Assembly (NCBI GenBank): GCA_963844715.1
Contig: CAWJPJ010000005.1
Span: forward strand, 320,305 to 384,304
DNA from: an uncultured Phycisphaerales bacterium
GTDB lineage: Bacteria > Planctomycetota > Phycisphaerae > Tepidisphaerales > Tepidisphaeraceae
Length of the DNA stretch: 64,000 bases
Reading direction: 5' to 3'
A program made the translations under genes and the position numbers. Positions 10,904-21,367 of this stretch are shown here, piece after piece; the first letter of the stretch is position 1, and each line of letters starts with the position of its first letter. The notes under the pieces were generated by a model. The model made no database searches, was not told the DNA's origin, and saw only the letters and a program-made list of their open reading frames with translations.

Positions 10904-11677
10904 ATGGCTGAATTGCTCGAAGCCAAGGATGTGAGCTTTGCATATGGGGAGACGCACGCGCTGCGCGGCGTCGGGTTGAAATTGGCAGCCGGCCAAATCG
11001 CGGCGCTAATCGGGCCTAACGGCAGCGGGAAGAGCACGTTCCTCTTGTCCCTGCTCGGCCATTTGCCTGCCACGGGGTCGATTGAATGGGATGGAATTTC
11101 AGTGCGGCGCCAGCGCCCGAAGGATCTCGCGCGGATCGTGGCCTATCTGCCTCAGTCGCCGGGCTATGAGCCGGGGCAGACCGTCGCGGACGTGTTGCGC
11201 ATGGGCCGGACGGCCTATTGGGGGCCATTTGGCGTCGAGACGCCGGAAGATGAAAAGGCGGTTGCCGACGTCGCGGCGATGCTGGAATTGCAGGACCTCA
11301 TGGATCGGCCGTTGGATCGAATGTCAGGCGGGCAGAGGCAGCGGGCCATGATCGGGAGGTGCCTGACCCAGCAACCGAAGGCGCTTTTGCTGGATGAGCC
11401 CAATACTTATCTGGATTTGAAGCACCAAGTTGAGCTTTGCCAGTTGCTTCGAAAATTGGCCACGGAAAAGAATCTGGCGGTCCTCATGGCGTCGCATGAA
11501 CTGAACATTGCCGCGTCTTATGCCGATCAACTGATTCTGCTCAATTCGGGCACAGTCGCGGCGGCGGGGAAGGCGGATGAAGTATTGCGGCCGGAGATTT
11601 TGTCGCCGGTATACGGGGTCGGCATTCAGCGATTCGAAGGGGCGGGAGGTCCGGTAGTCGCGCCGATGACAAACTAA
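10904..11677 (+). CDS. ABC transporter ATP-binding protein (BtuD/FecE-like)
   Basis: GPNGSGKS Walker A, SGGQRQR signature, LLLDEP Walker B. Confidence 0.93.
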   Translation: MAELLEAKDVSFAYGETHALRGVGLKLAAGQIAALIGPNGSGKSTFLLSLLGHLPATGSIEWDGISVRRQRPKDLARIVAYLPQSPGYEPGQTVADVLRMGRTAYWGPFGVETPEDEKAVADVAAMLELQDLMDRPLDRMSGGQRQRAMIGRCLTQQPKALLLDEPNTYLDLKHQVELCQLLRKLATEKNLAVLMASHELNIAASYADQLILLNSGTVAAAGKADEVLRPEILSPVYGVGIQRFEGAGGPVVAPMTN

Positions 11678-12471
11678 AAAATATGGAAAATAGTGTGTGC
11701 GGCAATCAGGAGCCCGATGCCCCCCAGGACAAGCCCGGCGATTCCCATGCCCCTGCCGCTGGTATTTCCCTGGCTGTTTGAGATCTGTGCGAGCCCGATG
11801 ATCCCGAAAATGACCGCCAGGAGCGAAGGAACGAACACACAGATGGGAAGTCCGATGATTCCCAGGACCAGTGACGCGACACAGAAGCCATTAGCCGCGC
11901 CGGAGGCGTCTATCGTGGTCCCTTCCATGGTGAATGGCATCCCGCAGCTTCGGCAATTGTTCGAGGAGATAGGGCTGGAAGCGGAGCAGCGCGGGCAGAC
12001 GATCCATTGCTTGCCGTCGTGATCGCGATTGATTTTGGGGGCGCGGTCGCCGGCGGCGGCGTAGGCGTGAACCGGATGCGGGTCCTGTTTGATGATCTGG
12101 CGAGTTTTGGGATCGATGAGACGGCCGTAGCGATCGAGGATGGGGATGGTGATCTGATTCCCGCAGGTGGGGCACTGGCCTTCCTGGGCCGCCATGGCTT
12201 CGGTCGCCTCGAGGCGGCTGGAGCAGTAGCCGCAGTTGAACCCGAACCGGCGTCCCGCCTGTTTGGGGTTGATGATCGAGGCGGGCGACCCGGGGTTCGA
12301 CGAGAATTGCGGCGTGGCCTGCGTGGCCCCCGCCCCGGTTCCAACAGCTACCCCCTGCGGCGCCGGCACGCGCAGCGTCGTCTTGCAGGCGGGGCATCGA
12401 ACGAGCTGCCCCACCTGATTCTGCTCCGCCGAGAGCGCGGTTCGGCAGATGTGACAGGAAAAAACGATCAT
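11674..12471 (-). CDS. Multi zinc-ribbon protein with C-terminal DUF4190-like membrane domain
   Basis: Six CxxC pairs; ASLVLGII...GRGMGIAGLVLG. Confidence 0.8.
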   Translation of the reverse strand: MIVFSCHICRTALSAEQNQVGQLVRCPACKTTLRVPAPQGVAVGTGAGATQATPQFSSNPGSPASIINPKQAGRRFGFNCGYCSSRLEATEAMAAQEGQCPTCGNQITIPILDRYGRLIDPKTRQIIKQDPHPVHAYAAAGDRAPKINRDHDGKQWIVCPRCSASSPISSNNCRSCGMPFTMEGTTIDASGAANGFCVASLVLGIIGLPICVFVPSLLAVIFGIIGLAQISNSQGNTSGRGMGIAGLVLGGIGLLIAAHTIFHIF

Positions 12472-12554
12472 GCCGATCCTCGAAGCAAATCGTAATGGGG
12501 TGACGGGGTTTTGTCATTTGCGACGGTTGTCGGTCGGATATACTGGCTGGGTCG

Positions 12555-12628
12555 GAATGACGAAATTCGAATGATGAATGTGCGCCAGCATCCGCCGTGG
12601 CGGGACGAATCAATGATCCAATGACCCA
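12555..12628 (+). repeat. Dispersed repeat, same family as 4249-4407
   Basis: gaatgacgaaattcgaatgatgaatgtgcgccagcatccgccgtggcgggacgaatcaatgatccaatgaccca. Confidence 0.8.
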
Positions 12629-13366
12629 AGCATCTTCTCCGAAAAATCGTACCGCTTTGGTTACCGGGGCGGCCCGGCGCGTAGGTCGGGCAATAGCACT
12701 GCGGCTTGCTGACGACGGGTTTGATATTGCCTTCACGTATCTTCGCAGCGGCGCGGATGCGGATAGCTTAATCGCGGAAGTGAAAGCCAAGGGGCGGCGC
12801 TGTCTGGGGATCTCGGCGGATTTGTTTGATCCAGAAGCGGCGGCCAAGACAATCGGCGAAAAATTCCTGGCATTTTCAGATCGAATGGATGCACTGGTCA
12901 ACAACGCCTCGGTGTACGAACCCAGCGCGCTCGGGGAGACCAATTTGCCGCAGATTCGGCGGTTTTTTGCGATTCACCTGGAGTCGCCGCTCTTGCTCTG
13001 CAAGACGTTCGCGGCAACGCTTCGAGCCAGCCGGGGGCATGTGGTGAATATGCTGGACGATCTGGTGCAGCGGCCGTGGGATAAATATCTTTCATATTGC
13101 ACCAGCAAGGCGGCGCTTTGGAATCTAACATTGGGCCTGGCCCGCGAACTGGCGCCGGACGTGACTGTGAACGGCATCGCGCCGGGGGTCGCGGAGTGGG
13201 CGGCGGGAACGACCGACGAAGAGAAGAAGGAATATCTCGCGAATGTGCCGCTGAATCGCGGAGGACCCCGGCGGATATCGCCGAGATGGTGCGAGTTTTG
13301 TGCAGCGAGGGGTCCTACATCACCGGGCAGGTGATTCATGTGGATGGGGGGCGGTCGATCGTTTGA
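12621..13366 (+). CDS. SDR oxidoreductase, pteridine reductase/FolM-like (apparent frameshift near 13265)
   Basis: TGAARRVG, NNAS, YCTSK, VNGIAPG, ITGQVIHVDGG motifs. Confidence 0.88.
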
Positions 13367-13385
13367 TGGGGACGATCAGCGATTA

Positions 13386-14483
13386 TTACTGGGGCAGACT
13401 GTTCAGATAATCGATGAGCATGCGAAGCCGGCCGTGGTCGCGGCGGTTGAAGCCGAAGACCAGCCTGGGCAGGTGGGCCAGAGCCGGCTCGTCGCGTTCG
13501 ACTGGCAGGGGGCCGGTGACGCGGAATCCGCCGGCGCTGCCATCGAGATCGGCAAATTTCTTTTCAATGTCGGCCAATTGTGCCGGAGTGGGGGCACGCT
13601 GCAGGCGCAGGGCGACCAGATCGCGCGAATATCGGATGCTGTGATAGTTGCTGTAAAACCGCGTGATCTCATCGATGGCGGCGGAAACGTTATCAACGAT
13701 CTTGTAAAGATTCAGATCGTTGGGGTGGATGAGTTCGCGTTTGAGCAACTGGTTTTGGACATAGGCTTGCCATTGTTTCCAGTAATCCCCGCCGGGGCTA
13801 TCGACCAGGACGATCGGCATGGGGACGGATTTCCCCGTTTGGACGAGGGTGAGAACTTCGAATCCTTCGTCCATGGTTCCGAATCCGCCGGGGAAGAGGG
13901 CGATCGCGTTGCTGGAGCGCACGAAGACGAGCTTGCGCGTGAAGAAGTATTTGAAGTTGATGAGCTTTTTATCGTTGGCGATGAAGGTGTTGGTCTTTTG
14001 CTCGAAGGGGAGCCGGATCGCCAGGCCGAACGAAGGCTCCGCGCCGGCCCCGCCATGCCCGGCCGCCATGATTCCGCCCCCCGCGCCGGTGATAACCATC
14101 CAGCCCGCAGCGGCCATTTTTTTTGCGAACTCGGCCGCTTGCTTGTAATCGACCTGGTCTTCATGGGTTCGGGCGCTGCCGAAGATGCTGACCTTTCGGA
14201 TGTCGCGATAGGGGGCGAAGACCTTGAGGGCGTAGCGGAGTTCCTTGAAGGATTTATTGATAAGCTTGATGTCGCCGCGGTTGGTGTGGTCGCGGAGGAG
14301 CTTGAGGGCGTTGGCGATGATTTCGCCGACCAGATCGCCGTGGGGAACAGTTTTAAGCTGGTCGATAAGTTGATCGGCCAGTTCGTGGGCGCCGGCGAGA
14401 TCGGCCCGGCTGATGGTGTGCGGCTCCTCCGTCGTCTCCTGGGATTGCTCGATGTCTTCCGTGCCGTCAGATCGCTCCATCAT
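13386..14483 (-). CDS. LOG family nucleotide phosphoribohydrolase-like protein
   Basis: FGSART, TGAGGGIM, FKYFFTRK, PGGFGTMDE motifs. Confidence 0.9.
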   Translation of the reverse strand: MMERSDGTEDIEQSQETTEEPHTISRADLAGAHELADQLIDQLKTVPHGDLVGEIIANALKLLRDHTNRGDIKLINKSFKELRYALKVFAPYRDIRKVSIFGSARTHEDQVDYKQAAEFAKKMAAAGWMVITGAGGGIMAAGHGGAGAEPSFGLAIRLPFEQKTNTFIANDKKLINFKYFFTRKLVFVRSSNAIALFPGGFGTMDEGFEVLTLVQTGKSVPMPIVLVDSPGGDYWKQWQAYVQNQLLKRELIHPNDLNLYKIVDNVSAAIDEITRFYSNYHSIRYSRDLVALRLQRAPTPAQLADIEKKFADLDGSAGGFRVTGPLPVERDEPALAHLPRLVFGFNRRDHGRLRMLIDYLNSLPQ

Positions 14484-14600
14484 TCCTCCGTACTTCCTCC
14501 AGTGGGGCGGGACATTATGCAGACATTCGGCAAAATGTGAAACCCGCCGGCACCACTCCGTCGTATCATATGCGTGGCGGTCGCTGTTGCGGGAGGAAGC

Positions 14601-16005
14601 ATGATGCGGGCTCTTTTCACTATCGGCGGTTTGGGATTGTTCCTGTTCGGAAATGTGGCGGCGGATTTGCCGAGGTATTCCCTGCCGGTGGGGCGGCGTT
14701 TGACCTATTCGAGTGATTACAACTTTCGATACACGAACGGGTCATTCAACGACCTGGATTCGGTACAAATAACGGTGATTGGCGCGAATGCGGACGGGTC
14801 GGAGCGAGCGTTGGTCCGCGAGGGCGATCGGGATGTGCAAAATCGCGATGGCCGGCCGACAACTCGGCCGGAAAACCAGCGAGAAGATGTCACGATATCG
14901 TTCGTCGATCTATTTTCCGATGGGCGCGTGGTCAAGGTGGTTGGAAATGATTTCGGGAATGCGCCGGAGGTGTTATGTCCGCTGCCAAAGAATGAGGAGG
15001 AGATGAGCGGATCGTGGCAGCAGGATTCGGAGTATCTGGATTCGACGATCTACAAATCCGCGGGACCGCCCGCGAATGGGGAAATGGGTTTTTGCGTCTT
15101 CACAGGACGGGATCGACAAACGGATCTATGGGATCGTGGAGGACAACGCGTTTCATTTCGACATCGCCAAAGGAATCATCACGTTGATCGAAAACAAAGC
15201 CGCCCAGGATTACGGCTTTCACGGCGCGGGCGGCGGGTCGACTCATCTGGTTTCGGACGAAATGATTTCGCCTGAAAAAGTCGCCGCGCTGGCAAAGGAC
15301 GCGGCAACTTATTTCGAGGCGAGCGACGACTGGAAAAATGAGGTCAAGAAGGTGAGCAAACTGCCGCGCGATGCGGGAATTGTGACGGCGGCGAAAGGGA
15401 TGATCGAGAGCGCAGCCGCCGGGATCACGGACCCCGACCTTAAGACCCAGTTAAAGAGCCAGATTTCGCTGGCGGACGAGTTTGCCAACGAGAATGCAGA
15501 TGATGGCAAGACGCAGACAACGATGGTGGACAAGCCCGTGCCGGACATTTCCGCCAAAGACCTGGCCGGGCAAGCGCATCGCCTGAGCGACTATCGCGGA
15601 GAGGTCGTGGTGCTGGATTTCTGGTATCGCGGTTGCGGCTGGTGCATGCGGGCGATGCCGGAAATGAAAAAGTTGTCCGAGGACATGACCGATCAGCCAG
15701 TGGTTTTCCTCGGGATGAATACGGATTCCGACCCGAAGGATGCGCAGTTTGTGGCGGGCGCGTTCGGGATCACCTATCCGATCCTAAGCCTGAGCCGCGA
15801 CGAGCAGGATAAATTCGGCATCTACGCATTCCCGACGATCATGATTTTGGACCGGGCGGGGATTGTGCGGTATCTGGACTCCGGCTATTCACCCACGATG
15901 CGGGTGGATTTGGGGAAGAAGATCAACGAGATTCTCGGACAGGATCGGAAATATAAGAAATCCGCCGGAAAACCGGTGGAGGGGTATAACAATGCCGCGA
16001 GTTGA
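14601..16005 (+). CDS. Exported protein with C-terminal TlpA-like thioredoxin domain (apparent frameshift near 15080)
   Basis: Signal peptide; VVLDFWYRGCGWC CxxC and FPT cis-Pro motif. Confidence 0.8.
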
Positions 16006-16093
16006 CATTGCCGGCTGAGGGCGCGAAAATCGGAAAACCGGAGTGTGGGGCGAAAAAGGCGTGCTTTTCGGCGGATTCCAGGAGTAGTTCCCA

Positions 16094-17806
16094 ATGTTCA
16101 CCAGGCCGTCGGTGCGAAAGAGTTTTGGCTGGACGACGTTGTGCGCGCTGGCGCTGGCGTTTGCGGGATGCGATACGCACCAGCGGATCGCCGATAACGC
16201 GGCCTGGGAGCAAATGAAGAAGGTGGATACGCAATGGGCGGGAGCGGCAGGGGAGGACGAACTCAAAGGCGTTGCCGATCAATACGACTCTCTGGCCGGC
16301 AGCGTCTCAACCCTTTCGCCGCGAATGCAGGTGCTCATCAAGGGAAACGAAGCGGAAGTTCACTTTGAGCTGGCAACGCTGCAGCTTGCCGATCTGCGGA
16401 CGAAGGAACTCGGCATCACGCGGACGATCGACGAGATTGAAAATCTGGCCGTGCAAGTCGCCGCGTCGCAAACGACCATGGCGAGCCTACAGGCGTACGA
16501 TCCGTCGAAGCAGATCGACGACATCCATGCCAAGGAAGCCACGATCCAAGGGTCCGTCGGGGACGGGACGACTGGAACGAGTTCTTCCCTGGCGAGCCTG
16601 GGAGCCCAGATCGACAAATTGAACGACCAGATCAACCAGGGCAACGCCCAGAAGCAGTCGCTGGACAAATCGCGTGTGCAGGCCCTCCAGCAGGCCGATG
16701 ACTTGACGCGCAAGTCCGAGGGAGAAACCGGCGACGATCAATTGAAGGATGTCATCGCGGCGTCGAACGTTCGGCGCGGGGCGGGGGATACGGATGCGCA
16801 GATCGACGGGGTATCCGCGCAAATTGCCCGCTGGCAAACCGATCTGGATGCGCTGACGGCGCAAAAGTCAGCCTTGGACGCGGCGGTTGCCTCGCTGGAA
16901 TCGCAAGTCCAGGCATTGCAGACGGGATGGTCGTCCATTCAGCAGCAAATGGATGCGCAAAAAACGCTCCAGCAGCAGATCATTGGCGCGGACTCGAGCG
17001 CCTCTGATTCGGATAGCGGCGCGGTGACGATCGCGCTTCTGGCGAGCCGGCTGAGCACAATGCTAAGCGACGCCGGAACGTTGCGGGACAGTTTGAATAC
17101 TCAACTCCAGCAGGCGATCGATCAGTACACGGACGCGTCGAGCGCCGCGGAAGAGCTGCGCGGGCAATTGTTACCCAAGGTGAGCGGCATGACCCCCTCG
17201 CCCGATGCCCCGATCTATCAAGAGACCATGAACACCCTGAATCCGGGGTATTACAATTTGCAAAAAGCGGCGGCGATGCAGGACCAGGCGGGTGTGGCAG
17301 CCTCGAACGCCGTGATTCAGAACATGCTGGGGCAGATGTTCGACGGATATCAGGTGGCCAGTGGGTCGGGGACGGCAATGGTGCCGGGCCTCAAGACATT
17401 GCTCGATCGAGACAAGACGGGCATGGACATTCCGCAGTCGGTCGCGGGTTTGCCGCATCCCGATCCGGATTCGGTCAAGCAACTTAAGCAGGACTCCGAC
17501 GACAAATTCAAGGCTGCCCTGGACGCGTACAACGATCGTCCCGGCACCGATACCGGGCAAATCGCGACCGATCAGACTAACCTCGCGTTGCTGGGTCGGG
17601 TCGCGACGAACCGGAAATGGGCCCAGTACGCGACGCTCCTTGGCGATTCGGACGGCGCGAGCCAGCATCTGCGCGACGCCGATTCGGATGACAGCCAAAT
17701 TGATCCGGCCTTCCGCACCGCGGGGCAGCCGGCTCCCAAGGCGCCCGCCGCGAATGGCAACTCGCCGGGGGCAGCCGGGGCATCTCAATCGGATCAGTCG
17801 CAGTAG
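16094..17806 (+). CDS. Hypothetical coiled-coil lipoprotein
   Basis: LAFAGC lipobox, long Q/D/A-rich helical body, 570 aa ORF. Confidence 0.75.
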   Translation: MFTRPSVRKSFGWTTLCALALAFAGCDTHQRIADNAAWEQMKKVDTQWAGAAGEDELKGVADQYDSLAGSVSTLSPRMQVLIKGNEAEVHFELATLQLADLRTKELGITRTIDEIENLAVQVAASQTTMASLQAYDPSKQIDDIHAKEATIQGSVGDGTTGTSSSLASLGAQIDKLNDQINQGNAQKQSLDKSRVQALQQADDLTRKSEGETGDDQLKDVIAASNVRRGAGDTDAQIDGVSAQIARWQTDLDALTAQKSALDAAVASLESQVQALQTGWSSIQQQMDAQKTLQQQIIGADSSASDSDSGAVTIALLASRLSTMLSDAGTLRDSLNTQLQQAIDQYTDASSAAEELRGQLLPKVSGMTPSPDAPIYQETMNTLNPGYYNLQKAAAMQDQAGVAASNAVIQNMLGQMFDGYQVASGSGTAMVPGLKTLLDRDKTGMDIPQSVAGLPHPDPDSVKQLKQDSDDKFKAALDAYNDRPGTDTGQIATDQTNLALLGRVATNRKWAQYATLLGDSDGASQHLRDADSDDSQIDPAFRTAGQPAPKAPAANGNSPGAAGASQSDQSQ

Positions 17807-17830
17807 GGTGGCGCGGGAGAAGCTTTCCAA

Positions 17831-17859
17831 TTGACAATTCTGATTGGGTCTGATGTCAT
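17831..17859 (+). promoter_or_regulatory. Candidate sigma70 promoter for the riboswitch leader
   Basis: TTGACA-N17-TGTCAT immediately 5' of the riboswitch. Confidence 0.45.
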
Positions 17860-17865
17860 GGCTCG

Positions 17866-18033
17866 CGCAGGCGTCAGGGAAGGCGGTGAAAACCCGCCGC
17901 GGACGCGCCGCTGTAAGTGACCGAATCGCGGGCGGTTTGTATTGCCCGACCGGCATTGAAAACGTCACTGGTCGCCAAGGATCTAGACCGGGAAGACGCG
18001 TGCCGGATGTCACGAGCCAGAAGACCTGCCTGT
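17866..18033 (+). ncRNA. Cobalamin (B12) riboswitch
   Basis: AGGGAAggcGGTGaAAAcCCgccgCgG...cgCcgCTGTAA, gtCACTG...GGGAAG, and B12 box AGCCAGAAGACCTGCC; P1 gcaggc/gcctgt. Confidence 0.88.
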
Positions 18034-18170
18034 CATGCGGGACGAGTTGATGCTCGTCTCGGAGCCATGTCCGAAAAGCTGCGCGAATCAGCGCTCGGAA
18101 ACGCCGCTTTAACAAATTGGTCGGTGGATTCTTTTTTGCGCCATTTTTGGCGTGGAGGGAATGCATTCCA

Positions 18171-18974
18171 ATGACCAGGGCGCTGCTCCCAACCCGCGAG
18201 GAAGGGGATTCGGAACGCGGCGCAAGGCCGGCGTTTACGCTCGTTGAACTGCTGGTGGTAATAGGGGTGATCGCGATTTTGCTCGCGATCTTAATGCCCT
18301 CGATTTCCAAGAGCCGGCAGCAGGCGCAGACGCTTCAGTGCTTGAGCAACCTCCGGCAGCTCGCGATCGCGGCGTTTTCCTACGCGAACGTGAACGGAGG
18401 GACGTTCCCGATCGCTTACTATTCGTCGTATCAGTGGCCGGTATCGACCAATTATAGTTGGGATTTCACGACCCAAACGAACCTGATGACGAACGTCCAG
18501 ACGGTTACGGCGGGCATTTTATGGATGGGAAACACGAATCTGGAGATTCAGCAGTGTCCCACTTATGACGGTAAATCCGGGACGCCGACCGATCCGTATA
18601 CAGGATATAATTACAATACGAGCTACATCGGGCACGGCAGCCATGAGACGATCCCCGGCCCCATCAAGCTCAGCCAGGTGCATCGGCCGCAGCGCTGTGC
18701 GCTGTTCGGGGATGGGCAGTTTTCCGCCGGAGCCGACAAATACATGCGGGCTCCGGCGCCGAATCCAGGGGACGCCGGTTTTGTCGGGAGATATGCGGGA
18801 ACGCAGGGCTTCCGACACGGTGGGAAGACCAACGTCGCGTTTTGCGACGGCCACGCCGAGACGCTTTCCCAGCGCTTTACGAACATTTCCCCTGCATCGG
18901 AGATGCCGATGATCGCGCCGCAGACAGGGTTTTTGTCGGCGGATAATTCGATGTACGACCCGGTGGGGTATTAG
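18171..18974 (+). CDS. Prepilin-type N-terminal cleavage/methylation protein with H-X9-DG motif (DUF1559-like)
   Basis: AFTLVELLVVIGVIAILLAILMP, CLSNLRQ, RHGGKTNVAFCDGH. Confidence 0.92.
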   Translation: MTRALLPTREEGDSERGARPAFTLVELLVVIGVIAILLAILMPSISKSRQQAQTLQCLSNLRQLAIAAFSYANVNGGTFPIAYYSSYQWPVSTNYSWDFTTQTNLMTNVQTVTAGILWMGNTNLEIQQCPTYDGKSGTPTDPYTGYNYNTSYIGHGSHETIPGPIKLSQVHRPQRCALFGDGQFSAGADKYMRAPAPNPGDAGFVGRYAGTQGFRHGGKTNVAFCDGHAETLSQRFTNISPASEMPMIAPQTGFLSADNSMYDPVGY

Positions 18975-19108
18975 GTTTCTCAAGCCGTCCCGGAATTCGC
19001 TTCGGCGCATTTCCGCTATCGGTTTTGAGTTGCTAGAATTCATGGCGGTCCGACGGTGGTAGTCGGATAAAAGGGCAAAAGAGGAAAGTCGCACAACCGG
19101 GTGAATCC

Positions 19109-20040
19109 GTGCCGAAACAAGCGGTCGAAGCGCTGGAACGAAACATCCGCTCGGTTTATCTCGGACATTTAAAGTCGGTTGAGTTGTTGCTCACGGGATT
19201 GCTGGCCCGCGGGCACGTTCTGATCGAGGACGTTCCCGGCGTGGGCAAGACGGTGTTGGCGCGGGCCCTGGCGCGGAGTGTGGATTGCAAATTCAGCCGG
19301 ATTCAATTGACCCCGGATTTGCTGCCCAGCGACGTGCTGGGGGTGTCGGTTTATAATCCGCAGTCTCAAACCTTTGATTTCAAGCCGGGTCCGATTTTCG
19401 CGAATATTGTGCTGGCGGACGAAATCAACCGGACGACGCCGCGCACCCAGTCGGCGCTGCTGGAAGCGATGAGCGAGGAGCAGGTCAGCGTGGAGAATCG
19501 CACCTATCCGCTGGGCCGGCCCTTCATGCTGATCGCGACGCAGAATCCCTTTGAATTCGAGGGCACCTATTATCTCCCGGAGAATCAGTTGGATCGATTT
19601 TTGCTCCGCGTTTCGCTGGGCTATCCGGATCGGCAGGGGGAGCAGAAGATTCTGACGACGCAGCCAAGCCGAAACGCGCTGGAGACGCTAAAGCCGGTGA
19701 TGAACGGCGCGGAAATCGCGGCGTTGCAGGATGAAGTGGCCACGACCAAGGTCGATCCGGCGATCCTGGAATATATCCTGGACCTTGCCGAGGCGACACG
19801 CCACGACGAGCAGTTGCACCTGGGCGTTTCGCCGCGCGGGCGCTGGCCTTGTCGCAGGCGAGCCAGGCGATGGCGGTCGTGCAGGGGCGCGATTACGTGA
19901 CTCCGGATGATGTGAAGTCGCTGTTCATACCGTGTTGCGCCCATCGCGTGATCAGCAAGACGTACCTGCATAATGGAGAAGGAGCGGCGACGACCCGCGT
20001 GTTGCAGGCGATCCTCGACCGGACCGCCGCGCCGCGCTAA
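19109..20040 (+). CDS. MoxR family AAA+ ATPase (apparent frameshift near 19840)
   Basis: EDVPGVGKT, RIQLTPDLLPSD, LADEINR, ATQNP, GVSPRG motifs. Confidence 0.93.
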
Positions 20041-20055
20041 AGCTTTTGGTGTTTC

Positions 20056-21362
20056 ATGCCTGCCGCGGCTCAAACAAATCTCGAATCGACTTCGACGGGA
20101 TTCTGGAATCGTCTGCTGGGGCGGCAAACCCCGCCGCGCCGGCCCCGCGTCCCGGACATCGCGCGTATTGCAGAAGCCGGCGGTCGATTTTTCCCTGACC
20201 GGGCTGATCTACTGCGGGATGATGATGTTCCTGGGCCTGGCGGCGGTGAACACCCAGGCGAATCTTTTGTTCGTGGTCTTTGGGTTGATGATCGGGGTGA
20301 TGCTGATCAGCGTCGCGGTCTGCCGCTTGGTGCTGGTCGGCATGCGCGTGACGCGGATTTTCCCCGAACACGCCGCCGTGGGGGAAACGGCGGCGGTGCA
20401 ATATGAATTCCATAACACGAAGCGATTTTGGCCCAGCCTGTCGGTGACGTTGGCCGAACTGGAGGGCGTGCAGGCCTTTTCGCGGCAGCCGCACGCCTAT
20501 GTGTTGCATGTTCCGCCGGGGACGAAGGGGGTTGTGAACGTCGATGTGATTCCCCGCCGCCGCGGGCTCTACCGGATGGGGCGGTATCAATTGAGCACGA
20601 GCTTTCCGTTTGGGTTCATCAAGCGGGCGATTTTGCGGCGGAAAGACGACACAATCCTGATCTATCCCTCAGTTGGGGATGTAAGTCCCCGGCTGCTGGA
20701 CTTGTGCCGGGCGGCGGAGCGAACGGGCGCCAACCGCAAGCCTCGCGCCGGCGGGAGCGACGAGTTCTACGGCGTGAAGGAATATCGGGCCGGGGAAAAT
20801 CCGCGCTGGATTCACTGGCGGCGCAGTGCCCGAACCGGGCAACTGGTGGCGCGGCATATGGCGGCAGATTTCACCGCCGCGGCTGGTGATTTTGCTGGAC
20901 ACGTATCTTCCCCATCGAACCCCGGAGGGCGTCGCCGCGGTGGAAAAGTCGATCGCCCAGGCGGCGTCGCTGGCATGCCGGGCGCTGGAAAGCGGCATGG
21001 CCGTGGGCCTGTGCGTCTGGGCCGAAGGATGGGTGGTTTTCCGGCCAGAGCGCGGAAAGCAATACACGCGGCAAATCCTCGCGGCGATGGCGTCCGTCCC
21101 GGAAAACCAATCCGGCACGCCGCAGCAGTTGCTGGATCAGAGCATGGGCCTGGCCACGGGAGAGGCGACGCAGGTGCTGTTTACGCCCCTGAATCTCGAA
21201 GTCGGTTTGGAGCAGCGCGTCCGCGGAGCGCTGGTGGTCATCGCGGCGGAATCGCCGGAAGCGGCTTCGTATTTTAAATTTCCCAAGACGGTCGATTTTT
21301 CGAATTGCGGTCCGGAAGGAAATTTGTCGTCGGCGGTCACGACGGCGCCGACTGGAAACTGA
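20056..21362 (+). CDS. DUF58 domain protein (apparent frameshifts near 20160 and 20865)
   Basis: RRGLY, TSFPFG, EFYGVKEYRAGE, IHWRRSAR; located between MoxR and transglutaminase genes. Confidence 0.85.
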
Positions 21363-21367
21363 AGGCG

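Noticed and set aside
13338..14540. Long antisense ORFs (also 52566-54011, 17171-18310, 11891-12943)
   Set aside because: They are shadows of real genes in high-GC DNA with no recognisable motifs.
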